NCBI GenBank assembly: GCA_951406725.2
Contig: OX597815.1
Coordinates: 6,386,001-6,450,000 of the forward strand
From: Octopus vulgaris
Lineage: Eukaryota
Direction: 5' to 3'
DNA: 64,000 nt
This document shows positions 35,621-48,608 of the stretch, piece by piece. The translations under genes and the position numbers were made by a program. The notes beneath the pieces were generated by a model. It was not told the origin of the DNA. It searched no databases and was given only the letters and a program-made list of their open reading frames with translations. Every line of letters starts with the position of its first letter. Positions within the stretch are counted from its first letter, which is position 1.

Positions 35621-37349
35621 TTTTTGATCGACTTCGATTTCACTTGCCTCAACAGGTGTTCGCAAGGTTTATTAAAAGACTTCATGAATTGGAATAGTTG
35701 CATGGCAGCACCAAGGCTTTTTAGGAGCTTCTGTAACGACATATATAGCAATAAGAGGGTCGTCAGAAGACCCTGTTAAGAGACGTAACTATTATGAGAT
35801 TTTCAAGACCGCATGTGCCGGAAGAGCTACGCTGCTCTAAGAGAACACACCTTTAACGAGACTTTCAGAGTACCTGGAGATGGAAACTGCCCTTATGTAG
35901 CTCTCTTTCTCAAATGGAGGTGACAAACCATGTTTACATATCATTTCGTTTTTGTTTTTTACCAATTTGTTGATTTATTTTTTGTTTTTATGCTTTTTAT
36001 CTTTGCTTTTTTTTATGTTGCATTTCTTTGTTGTTGTTTTTTTTTTACATGTATTTTAGTTCTGCTTTCCAACAACTTTTCATGCTGACATCACCGAAAG
36101 ATCCCCTCTCCCTTAAAGAACAGCTCCCCTTAACGTCTTCTTAGGCACCAAACGGACACCTCACTTAATCTCATAATCCCAGAGAATCATTTAAATTCGT
36201 ACTTCCCCCTCCCCCCAAAATGTGGTGTTGTTTGCTTAAATGTGGTTTTAATTTTCATTGTAAATTAATCTGAAGTCTAAACGAAGTCTTAAGCAACTAT
36301 TATTTCATTCTTCTTTATACATTTTTCGAACGAAACTGTTATATATATATATTTTCAAAAGAGCTTATCTTCTTAGATTAAATGAAAATAAAACCTTCCT
36401 TTTGATGTAAAGCCATTTATCAAACACAGCAGATGTTACTTCCTGCTAAATTATCATTTAGTTTCCTGTTTGAACCTAAATAAAATGGAATTCATAATTT
36501 TACTAATTAGATCTTAATCATAAATGCCAGGCAACAAAGGTAAAGTTTTATATTTTTTAGCTTATAAAGTAAAGCATAAATCATAATTACATATATTGAT
36601 TAATTATATATACTATATACACACACACACACACACACACACGTGTTTGAGAGGTCTAAGGCTGCTAACATTGTGAAATAATAAACATTGTCTATTAATT
36701 TAATTTTTATAAATATAATTTATTTAAATGCCACAGTTTGTGGCTTAAATATTTTTTGTAATAAAAATAAATATTACAAGTCAGTATTTCTTTTTCGAAA
36801 TCCTCTGTTACAATGAGTGTATGTATGACTGTCTATATATAGCTGTGTGTATCTGTATTACATATGTGTATTGTGTATGTATATATTTATATATCATTAT
36901 TATTATACTGGCCAAAGAAATAGAAAAAATGTAAATATATAAACATGCATCATTGTTTTAATGTCCATGCTTGCATGGGTCAAACAAAAAGAATTTTTTA
37001 ATGTAGATTTTTTTTATAGCCAGATGCCCTTCCTGTTGCCCACCCTTATCTTGTTTCCAAGGGAATATTTCTTGGGCAGACATATTTTTCACTGACAGCT
37101 GGAAACAACACCACTTGTATGATGGGGATGTTCATTTACAACCATCAGTTGATGTCTAGAAAAAGACATGCACACATGTATATATACATATATATATATA
37201 CCATATATTTACCATATATGAGTTACAAATTCTGTTGTTTGTGGAGACTTATTTTTGTAGTAATAGTAATAGTAGCCCTTTGACTGCTATTTCTAATATT
37301 TTCAGTATGTGGTTTAAGCAACTTGTTGCAAAAAACCCTTTATTATAAT

Positions 37350-37393
<44 letters not shown>

Positions 37394-37529
37394 GTGTGTG
37401 TGTGTGTGCATATACTGTAGGCTTCTTTCAGAAGCTCAGGATGCAGTACAGTGGTGCTGTACTGTATATAGTTGGGAAGCAAGCTTCAAGGTTCTCAATG
37501 AATAGGTGTGTCTATATTAATAGAAATTT

Positions 37530-37830
37530 AGCCATTGCTCACAGGTGAATACGACATGGTAGCTTGTACCTTACTATTTTCGATTCCTGCAAACTCTTGA
37601 GTATAAACACCTGAACCATTCTGCTGTTGACCCAGTGGAATATCCAAGGTTTGACAACTGGAAGGAGGGAGCTGCACTGGCACTAGGGCATGAGGGTTGT
37701 GCTCATTTACAGCTGAGTAGACTGGAGCATTGTGAAAAGATGTTGGACACATTCTGCCCAGTCAAGGAATCAAATCCTCAACTTTATGATTGTGAGCCAA
37801 ACACCCTAACCACTGAGCCATGCATATTCA
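37530..37830 (-). mobile_element. Old tRNA-derived SINE (family C-related)
   Basis: Minus strand head TGGCTCAGTGGTTAGGGTGTTTGGCTCACAATC. Confidence 0.55.
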
Positions 37831-37981
37831 CTATATATATATAGATTGAGTGATTGATTGACTGAGGAGAATATATAAGAACTTTCTTACATAACTACTT
37901 GAAACACCTATATTAAATGCATTCAAAATTTCAAAATATTAGCAATTAGTATTGTCTTTATATTTGGTATTGTCTTTATAT

Positions 37982-38028
<47 letters not shown>

Positions 38029-38291
38029 ATCTTCCTGTAGGAACAGATTCTGCTTTCCAGGATGTTCCATAACTTAGCAAATGTTCAATAGAGATTGAAA
38101 GAATAAGTACCAGGCTGAAGAAGTGTGAAGAAGGGTATGATAGATTAATCCTTTGAAAGTGCTGCCCCAGCATGGCCTTATTTAACTGAGAACATTAAAC
38201 AAATATATATATACATCAGCTATATATATGTATGTATACTTAGTCTTGTCTAACCCATATGAACATGGAAAAGTAGATGTTAGAATAACAT

Positions 38292-38322
<31 letters not shown>

Positions 38323-38551
38323 CTGTCTCTTTGTATATCATGTATATTTGTGTGTGTGTGTGTGTGTGTTAGATGCTGTATGAACATGTATATTATTTCT
38401 TTGTATGTATGTATTAAATATTTCCATGTGCCTATATACATAGTCTTAAGTACTAACCTTTCACTTTACCATTACAAGCAGACATAGAGAACCGAATGAG
38501 GAACCTGAGGAAGACTCTTTAGTGCTCAGATGGATCGATCAAATATAAGGC

Positions 38552-38959
38552 TTACTCTTTTCGCTTTTACTCTTTTACTTGTTTCAGTCATTTGACTGTG
38601 GCCATGCTGGAGCACCGCCTTTAATCGAGCAACTCGACCCCCCGGGACTTATTCTTTTTGTAAGCCCAGTACTTATTCTATCGGTCTCTTTTGCCGAACT
38701 GCTAAGTAACGGGGACATAAACACACCAGCATCGGTTGTCAAGCAATGCTAGGGGGACAAACACAGACACACAAACACACACACACACACACACACATAT
38801 ATACAACCGGCTTCATTCAGTTTCCGTCTACCAAATCCACTCACAAGGCATTGGTCGGCCCGGGGCTATAGCAGAAGACACTTGCCCAAGATGCCACGCA
38901 GTGGGACTGAACCTGGATCCATGTGGTTGGTAAGCAAGCTACTTACCACACAGCCACTC
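38552..38959 (-). mobile_element. SINE family A
   Basis: Near-identical to 2133-2538. Confidence 0.9.
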
Positions 38960-38964
38960 AAGCT

Positions 38965-39131
38965 TATTTATTTAGTTTTGAATTATGTATTATCTCATAG
39001 CTTTGAGGTTTCCGTGATGTGGTTGGTTATCTTTAGAATGACTTTGTAGGGTGGGTGTGAGAGGCTGGTTAGAACATAAAGCAGGTAGAATATTTGGGGT
39101 GGAGCTGGCCAGTTTAAATGCTAAAGGGTAA
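38965..39131. mobile_element. Second piggyBac-like MITE family (partial)
   Basis: Homologous to 34195-34391; ends AAATGCTAAAGGGTAA. Confidence 0.6.
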
Positions 39132-39776
39132 CTAATGCCCTCCCCACCCCCCTGTAGACGATGACCATTGTCTGATACTTGTTGGAAGACATTGGTTTAA
39201 TATATACATTAACAAAATAGATGTTTAAAAATTTCTTCAAATATTTCATTTGCTTCAGGTAAAAAAGAATATTCAGAAAAGTGTATTGATTAAGCTTGTA
39301 AGCATGGAAAGAGAGAGAGAGAAATTTTTGCTCCATACAAACATGGAAACAGAGTTGTTAAAATTGAGGATACATACATAGCAGTCACGTGCCGTCAGTA
39401 ATTACTCAGGGTAGGCAGTTGGTGACCTTTATGTAGTAAAACACAAGAATAAGCAAAATGCAGCTGCACGATTGAGTTGAAGGCAGATTTCCTTCTGCCT
39501 TTATAGCACGTAAAGAAAATGTTGTTGTAGGAGTGTACGCAGCATGTGTACTACAGCAGTTCTATGCTTAGCTTAAATACTGAGATTGAAAAGCAGAGGC
39601 AAATTATGCTTACCTAATCTACAAGAAAAAAAAAAAATTGCATTTTATGCATAGTAATCAGAGTAACTTTTATAATTTTATTGAAATAGGTGCATATTTT
39701 GCCAGAAAAGGAAAATGTTGCTATTGATTTATTTTATTCAAGATAGGCACTACCTACCTAGGTAACACATCCCTGA

Positions 39777-39814
<38 letters not shown>

Positions 39815-39815
<1 letters not shown>

Positions 39816-40198
39816 GAGCAGTATCGCCCTGCGTTGCTCGGGTTTGTTTCGACCCTTTAGAATTGGAATTTTTTGAAAAGTTAAAATTTTGCTTTATGTA
39901 GCTTGTTATTCTCTTTAAGTGAACATTTTTCTGGTTGGAATACACCGAAAAATGGCGACACAACAGTCTAAAAGTTGTAAAAAAATAGGGATTTTCATAG
40001 AAAAAAAAGCACCTTTTTGATGTAAATAATTTTTGGTGTTAACAAAATTTTTTCTTCTACGGAAGGAAGAGCAAGCCTTCTTCTATCATACTCTCAATTT
40101 TGGTCAAATTGTGCCGCAGGGTCTTGGAGGAGACAGTGTTAGTTAAAGGCTACCAAACCTGCCATACACAGACAACTTCAGCTTTATATAGAGAGAGA
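39815..40198 (-). mobile_element. Non-autonomous Helitron, third subfamily
   Basis: Reverse complement TC ... CCCGAGCAACGCAGGGCGATACTGCTCG (CTAG mutated); homologous to 55971-56327. Confidence 0.8.
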
Positions 40199-40598
40199 TT
40201 GGGAGATAAATATTACCTTTTGGTATTAGTACTGATTCTGTTGCTGTTATTTTTTGATAAACCTACTGGCTGTTTGCAATACCAGTGCCTAAAAGGACAT
40301 TAATATTTTATATATTGTTGACGAGGGAATTGGCTGCTATGTCTGCACTGGTCATCTGTCATTGACAAGCCCAAAGCTGGAATCATTTGATCTGGCAGTT
40401 CTGGTGAACATAGTGGACAGTTATTGCCCATCACCGATATGAACACTTTTATGCACCACAAGCTCATAAGAGAGGCCCTCTCTTGGTAAATAATGTAATA
40501 TTCTGTGTTCTAACATAACATGCACTTTTAGTGGAAGACACTCACACACACACACACACATATATAATCAAAATAAGCAACAAGGATATCCAAGGTAG

Positions 40599-40686
40599 TG
40601 TAGTACAATCGTTTCATGCTACTTCATTTTATTAAACAATGTAAGTATTACATCAGTTTTAAAATGTAGAGCAATCTTCAGCCACA
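40599..40686 (-). ncRNA. Hammerhead-like motif with long stem II (probably decayed)
   Basis: UGUGG-CUGAAGA-[~60-nt imperfect hairpin UGCU...AGCA]-GAAA-CGAUUG-UA-CUACA. Confidence 0.5.
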
Positions 40687-42376
40687 TATAGAATTTTTTT
40701 ATTAAATGGACAATGTACATTTTTATACTTATTTCATTTGCCAACATTGATTTATATGGATAGTACCATACCAAATTCTGGTGCCTTTAACTTAAGTACC
40801 ATATTCATCTGAATCTAAATTTTGCTGAACTTTAGTGTGTGTGTATATTTAATTAGTAGAAGTTATAAAGTGACTCAAAGGCTGGGAGCTTCAAGCAAGG
40901 CACTGATTGGACAGTTCTTGCACAAAAATCTTGGCACTTGTGTCACTTTTTAACTTCTGATTAAGTACATATTTACCATCTTTGGTGGTAGAATTAGCCT
41001 GGCACCTCAGCTGCCTTTAGGGGAGTACATTCTGTTGCAAGTACTTGGGCCAGATTTCTATTTTGAGGATAATGTGTGAAGGGGTGTGGCCTTATGGTTA
41101 GGAAATGTTGGCCTGCTCACCTAGCCAGCAGGTGGTATCAATCATGAGCCTGGCTAGGCTTGAAAAGGGTGATGTTTATCATTTTTTATCACTGCTTAGC
41201 ATTGTCAGCCTGTATTTTATTTTATGGTGAATCACTGAATTGTACAACTAGTCATTGAAGGACAATGATAATATCATAAGAGGAACCTGTCTCTCCTGTC
41301 AGTTCATGTCATCTGCCTTTCTGGTCTCTGTTGCTGAAGAGGAAATAACCACCCTGAAATGCATGCATCTACAAATCTGGTTAGGGAATGTTGTGAACTG
41401 ACTTAGTCTATTTCCACCTATTTGTCTAAGGTAAGGAATGTTCTCCATTACAAAAAGTAGTGATTGACTTTCTTACAGGTTCAAATATGCCTCAAGCATA
41501 TTTGAACTGGCAACAAGCTTGTATTTCTACACATCACTGCTTAGCACTGTCACCCCATATAAATATATATATTTATATATGTTAGTGTGTGTCTATGCAT
41601 ATATGTGTGTGTGTTAACATCACTCTCTATATGCTGGCATGGGTTGGATGGTTCATTAGGATCTAACAAGTCAGATGACCTTGCCATGTTCCAGTGTCTG
41701 CTTTGGAATAGTTTCAATGACTAGATGCACTTCCTCATGCCAACCATTTTACAGTTCTTTCATGGCACCAACACTAATGAGATCACCATGCAGTATAACC
41801 AAAGGTGAAAAGGAGAAAGACGGAGAGAGAGAGGGGGGAGAATTTTAGGTAAGGTGAAGAGAGAAGTTAAATATGAAAGGAATAGATTTATAGTGAGAGG
41901 GTAGTAGCTAGAGAGAGTAACAGAGTAGTCACTGATGGGGGGGGAGTATTGGAAGGGGAGGGAGACAAGAAAGGACAGTGGTAAGGGTACAGAAGTAGAT
42001 TGTTTACTGAGCTGTAAGGGTGAAAGGAGTGTGGGATGGGACCATGAAAGAGAGAAAATAGATCAGGCAGACATGTTGTCTGGAGCAGTGCGGGGTGGTG
42101 GTGGGGGGTCAGCTTTTTTAATATCCAGGTCAGATCTAAAACTTGGATTTTTTTTTTTAGGGAGCTGCACCCAAAAAGAGTAAAACACAAGTCAATTAAA
42201 GAAAAGTTTATTATTATGTTTGTAAAGAGAAGATCTTTGAGGGCCGCATACAGGCCTGGGAGCCGCATTTGAGAACCGCTGCTGTAAAGGGAGTTGTATA
42301 AAATAAAAAGGAGGAAATTGTACACAAGTATATGTATGTGTTTGTATATATATGTGTGTGTGTGTGTGTGTCTATA

Positions 42377-42801
42377 CTCTTTACTCTTTTACTCTTTTAC
42401 TTGTTTCAGTCATTTGACTGCGGCCATGCTGGAGCACCGCCTTTAGTCGAGCAAATCGACCCCGGGACTTATTCTTTGTAAGCCCAGTACTTATTCTATC
42501 GGTCTCTTTTGCCGAACCGCTAAGTGACGGGGACGTAAACACACCAGCATCGGTTGTCAAGCAATGCTAGGGGGACAAACACAGACACACAAACATATAC
42601 ATACACATACATACATACATATATATATACATATATACGACAGGCTTCTTTCAGTTTCCATCTACCAAATCCACTCACAAGGCATTGGTCGGCCCGGGGC
42701 TATAGCAGAAGACACTTGCCCAAGATGCCACGCAGTGGGACTGAACCCGGAACCATGTGGTTGGTTAGCAAGCTACTTACCACACAGCCACTCCTGCGCC
42801 T
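42377..42801 (-). mobile_element. SINE family A, young full-length copy
   Basis: Triple TACTCTTT tail, intact A/B boxes. Confidence 0.9.
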
Positions 42802-43825
42802 ATACATCATGTTTTGTTGAAGCTGAAAAATCTTCAAAATTTTACTCTAAGTTTTATGTAATCAAACAAAAGTGAACTTTTAGTACAATAGAATGTTGTT
42901 TTTTTTGGGGGGTTTTTTTTATGGTTCCCAATGGCATAATGGTCTGATGATCAGCTGCACTGAAACCCAAAGTAACAGTTGTGAAGTGTTTCAGTTTCAT
43001 TTCAAAAGAATATTCACAAGAGTGTAACTGTAAATCTATTTTGTGTTTATCTCTCTATGTGTGAGCGTGAATGTGTGTGTGTATGCATATATGTATTTAT
43101 ATATTTGTGTGTATATATATATATATATATATATTTGTATATATATATATATATATATGTATATGTATAGAAGTATACGTGTCAGCTTGAATTTGTGAAA
43201 AAAAAGTATTTATAATATACATCAGTCTGTGTGTATATGTGTGTGTCTATATATACACACACACACAAACACATATAAATATGTACATACATACATACAT
43301 GTGTGTGTTTCAATGCAAATGTGCCTTTTGAATGTTAAAACCTATTTAACTATATTTTCTTTCTTAAATGAAAAATTATTTTATATCTCCTTATCCCATT
43401 CATTAATCCTTAATCAACTTTTCACCTATCTTTAATCAACTGTTTACCTGTAATTAGAAGATTGTCGCTAATATTTGGTGCTACCGATTCCATCTTACCT
43501 CTTCACCACAATGCCTTTATTTTCCCCCTTCGCTAGACGTCCCTTTCTCCCTTCATCTTTCTCCCTTCATCTTTAAATCTTTAATAAACTTGTTGATTAA
43601 CCTGTTCTAATTAATGAGTATTGATTGTGAATTCAGGTTTTTGAATTGTGTCTATTTGTTTCTCTTTTGTTTTGTTTCTTTTTTCCAAATGCTGCACAGT
43701 GAAGAAAGGGACAAGGCCGTAGACCTTAGGCTCCACCATCCGGAGAAGTCGGAAATATTATTGCTCTTGTCTTCTGTTAGCATCCGCTTTAAACTGGTGC
43801 TTATCCCGTAAAATCACAAAGGGGT

Positions 43826-43862
43826 ACATACGTACATACATATATATATATATATACATATA

Positions 43863-43900
<38 letters not shown>

Positions 43901-44146
43901 CATACATATATATATATATATATATACATACATATATATATATATATATACACATATATATATATACATATACATATATATATATATACACATATATATA
44001 TACACATATATATATATATACACACACACACATATATATACACATATATGTGTGTGTGTATATACATATATATATATATATACATGTATATATATATATA
44101 AATATGTACATATGTATGTATGATATATATATATATATGTATATAC
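43826..44146. repeat. (TA/TACA)n microsatellite
   Basis: Direct reading. Confidence 0.95.
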
Positions 44147-44731
44147 ACTTCTACAAATGATGTATGACAAATAATGTCAGCTTGTGGCTCCATCTTCAGG
44201 GTTATGTCGACATTGAGAGAGAGATTGTCAATTTGTCAATTGTAAATATATCTGATGGCTTTAGAATTTAATTCTTCTGTCCTTTTTTTTACAGCTTTTA
44301 AGCAGAAAGGACAACAATTCTGTAATTTTTTTTTTTCCTTTCTCTTCATTGATTAACAAACTGTGATTCCAGTCTTCAAATACTTCCCCCACCTGCCTCT
44401 CCTCCCCGCCCACCACCAACTTACTTGTGGCCATTTTTGATATCTAAAAACAAAACACAGACTATTTCTGAAATTTAAAAGATTTCTCTCCATCAGTTGC
44501 TGGCTGCTGGAAGACATTCATTTTTGCCTCTTTTGTTCAGTGTCCCACCCTGTCTTTCGTCAACACACGGACCATGTTGTTTGCTCTCTGTCTTTTTGAA
44601 GATTTCAACCAACAAGTTCAAATGTATCTGCACACTTTTACACATAAACACACACACAAAGTTCTAATTCTGCTTCACGTCCACTGAGAAGTGTTGGTAT
44701 TCCACAGAAATTCCTCCCAGAAAGCAAGAAT

Positions 44732-45150
44732 GGCGGTGAGCTGGCAGAAACGTTTGCACGCCGGGCGAAATGCTTAGCGGTGTTTCGCCTGTCATGACGT
44801 TCTGAGTTCAAATTCCGCCGAGGTCGACTTTGCCTTTCATCCTTTCGGGGGTCGATAAATTAAGTACCAGTTACGCACTGGGGGTCGATGTAATCGACTT
44901 AATCCCTTTGTCTGTCCTTGTTTGTCTCCTCTGTGTTTAGCCCCTTGTGGGTAGTAAAGAAATAGGTATTTTGCCTGCCGCTACGTTCTGAGTTCAAATT
45001 CCGCCGAGGTCGACTTTGCCTTTCATCCTTTCGGGGGTCGATAAATTAAGTACCAGTTACGCACTGGGGGTCGATGTAATCGACTTAATCCCTTTGTCTG
45101 TCCTTGTTTGTCCCCACTGTGTTTAGCCCCTTGTGGGTAATACAGAAATA
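44732..45150 (+). mobile_element. SINE family B dimer with TSD
   Basis: AGAAAGCAAGAAT at 44719-44731 and 45151-45163 flanks the whole dimer. Confidence 0.9.
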
Positions 45151-47107
45151 AGAAAGCAAGAATGGGCTTTTAACACACTCCTACACTGCATCTCACCACA
45201 TCAAACTCGTTACCTAAAACTAATTTTTATTTTTCTGCATTCACCATTTCTTTTTCTGTCCCAGGACATTTTAAAGCTTTTCGGCTTGCACTCAATGACC
45301 TTTTCATTCCAGTTTCACCATTTGCATCTCTGTGCATCATGTGCACCCATTTTACCAGATTTTTATCGCTACCATTTTCTTTGAATGGTGCTTGTGCTGT
45401 TATCTCTTACTGAAGTTGTTGAATTAACTATTGAGAATTGTTATTTATGTTAAATTCAGTTTTTTAAAAAAAAAAAACCTTGAATTACCAGCGGTGGTGC
45501 CCCAGCATGGCCGCGGCCTTCGGGCTAGAACATTTTTAAGGATTTAAGGATTTACCAAAAGAATTCTGTCTAAAATTGTTGTCTTATTGTTTCTTACAAC
45601 TCTCTCTGATATTTTCTTATAAAGTTTTCAAGAATTGATTCTCTAAAAATGTTAAATTCTTTTTTCGATTCCCTTCTATGAAAGAAGAATCAACCAAAGA
45701 TAGTTTACCAAAAAAGAAAAAAAACAACAAAACAAAACAAACAAAAAAAATACTGCATAATTAATTCCTTGTGAAAATTTTGCTATTTCTTCTCCGTCCT
45801 GAATTCGATGTTGATTAACAAGAGATGAAGTTTTGAAGAATTGTTAAGTAGAATCTCTTAGACAAATTTCCAACAATCCAAATATAGAACTCTTTTACTA
45901 TCCTGCAATGGTAATTTGTGTTTTCTTCAAGGATTCATTTTTTAAATGGCTGTGGATGGCAAGAACCCTTATTTTGTTTGTAAATCTGTCCCTTCATTGG
46001 TTACAGTAGCTCAGCTGTTGTTTCGTGTTTATCAAGACTTCTTCCTGTAAATAAGTTTGTAAATAAAGCACAAAGCTACCTTTTTTTACCACAGATTATT
46101 GTAATTTTAACATCGTTAAGAAAGATGGCATCGCTAGTAAGTCTGTGTTTAAAATCAGTTTTCGAACACTGACAAACTGTTTTGTAAAATTACCAATCAA
46201 AGTCTTTTGCTGTCTTTTGCTACTACTAAAGGTTTCTATCAAAATCCTCATGATTGTCCAGAAACAATAAAATACTCGCTGTGGTTAATTAAAATCTAAT
46301 GAATTTGTTGTCATCAAGTTTTACGAGCACTCATTACCCAGTTTCATTCAATGTGGATTTTCTGTGTCAAACCTTGGCTATTTTTTACATTTTCATTTCA
46401 ATGTATTTGGGCAAACTTCTGTTATATTTACATTGACCTATTGAGGTACTGGCCATACTTATATATAAGCCATCATGGACCTTTGGCCATCTCATATATC
46501 ATACAAAATATAAACCATCTGATATTTATTTTGTGTAATTCTTTTAGATAATAGTATCTGCTATTGTTGACACAAATTCCTTATTCCATTATTGTCTTGG
46601 ATTTTTAATTAAATACTTGGCCACTAAAATAGGTGACCTTACCAATATCACAGGAACTGTTTAGTCTATTGGAACATCAATTAATTATATTGACAATAGA
46701 TCAATACTTGTAGTCACATAACGATATTTATATACAACAATTCAAACCAAAACTTTCTTCTTTTTATTATGAATCTTATTGGTTTGATGAAAATTGCCTT
46801 CTTTAATAGAATAACCAAGAATTAGTAGTAGACCTTCCTATACTATATACAACACAATATGCTATAGTATATAGTAATATCATCATTGTTATCATTTAAC
46901 ATCCATTTTCCATGCTGGCATGGGTTGGATGATTTGACAGGGGCTGCACCAAGCGCCATTGTCTGTTTTGGCAAGGTTTCTGCAGCTTGATGCTAACCAC
47001 TTCACAGAGTGTGCCGAGTGTTATTTATGTGGCACCAGCGCCAGTGCTTTTTACGTGCCGGTGCCATATAAAAACGCACTACAACATACTATACAAATTC
47101 TATAGTA

Positions 47108-47324
47108 CAGGGTGTTCAAAAAGTTTCTCTGTGGTAAATATTTACAAGATGGTATAAAGACATCAAAGGAATATATTAGACTTTACAAGACTTTAAAAAA
47201 CTTTATAAAAGGTGTTGAAAGTGTTGTTCTTCATTTTCAGTATGTAAGTTGACTCTTCTACACATTTTAAAATATATCTTGGAGAGAAAAAAATTCACTG
47301 CAGAGAGACTTTTTGAACACCCTA
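47108..47324. mobile_element. Tc1/mariner MITE (deletion derivative of the neighbouring element)
   Basis: TA-CAGGGTGTTCAAAAAGT ... ACTTTTTGAACACCCTA-TA. Confidence 0.8.
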
Positions 47325-47336
47325 TATACAGTTATA

Positions 47337-47882
47337 CAGGGTGTTCAAAAAGTCTGTCCGCAATAAGTGTTTTATTGCGAAATAAATATTTATAAGATGG
47401 TATAAGACCACAAAAGAATATATTAGACTTTACACGACTTTAAAAAACTTTATAAAAGGTGTTGAAAATGTCGTCCTTCATTTTCAGTACAGAAGTTGAC
47501 TCTTCTACCCATGTTTTGAAATACATCTTGGAGAGTCTGATACGGTATGGACCGTGTGATGGTTATTATTGCATCTTTTAGCTCATTAATGGTTTACGGG
47601 CGATTCTTGTACACTGATCCTTTACTTGCTCCCCAGACAAAAAAATCTGGCGGTGTTAAATCAGGCGATCTTGGTGGCCAAAGTCCCTTCGAAATAATCC
47701 ATTCACTGAAAAACTCTTGGTGGTGCTCGAAGTATGTGCATCATGCTGAAAGCATACATTATTACTTTCACTTTCAGTGAGTTGGCCTCCAAATGGATGG
47801 ACGATATCTGAGCAACATCTCTCGGTATTGATGGTGTGTGTTTTCATAAAATTCACTGCGGAGAGATTTTTTGAACACCCTG
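47337..47882 (-). mobile_element. Internally deleted Tc1/mariner transposon with transposase remnant
   Basis: TIRs CAGGGTGTTCAAAAA, TA flanks; minus-strand remnants FQHD.. and LWPPRSPDLTPPDFF. Confidence 0.85.
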
Positions 47883-48608
47883 TATATATAATAATACATA
47901 GTATATAGTAATGATATACTCAGTACATTACAATAGACTATATAAGATGCTGAAGTGCATCTAATTCCCAGAACAATACGGTGAATTGTGGGAAGCCATT
48001 TTAATTTAGTTTTTTCAGTACTTCAGGTTAAATAAAAATGTGATGCAAGATACTAAAATGCGATGACCGATACCTGTTCTGAGACTTTAATTTAAAATGT
48101 TATACTCCTTGCAATAGAAACAAGCTATTTTCCCAATTATATCATTAAAAATGATAACGAGAGACTTATTAACATAGTTTCAGAGCAAACAGCTTTCAAA
48201 TTCCAATTTGTTAATGAAGATTTGACGATTAGTCCTAAATGTATTATGTATTACGGTTGGTCTTTTTATATTAATTTATATATCATCATCATCATTATCA
48301 TCATCATTTGGCATCCTTTTTTCCATGCTGGCATGGGTTGGACAGTTTGACTGGAACTGGTTAGGCAGAAGGCTGCACCAAGTTCCAATGTCTGTTTTTG
48401 GTATAGTTTCTGTGGCCAGATGCCTTTTTTAATGTCAACCAAAACAGTGTATTAGTTGCTGTTTTTGTGGCACTGGTGGCAGTAAGGTCATCGAGTAATT
48501 TGCAAGGCAGGACCCCTTAACTGAGCGGGGTATAATATTGCAGGATATGAAGGTATGATAGAGGAATAGGGTCGTGTATCTTGCTGAAGAAGTGAATATG
48601 ATATGTTC

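Noticed and set aside
42940-42975. CTGATGA...GAAA match (similar CTGATGA plus hairpin at 22862)
   Set aside because: Stems I to III cannot be formed in register; likely chance
43700-43811. Possible downstream exon after the pyrimidine tract CACAG| (also 36060 and 50920)
   Set aside because: Phase-1 reading stops within 7-16 codons and no donor is evident; could be alternative terminal exons but unsupported
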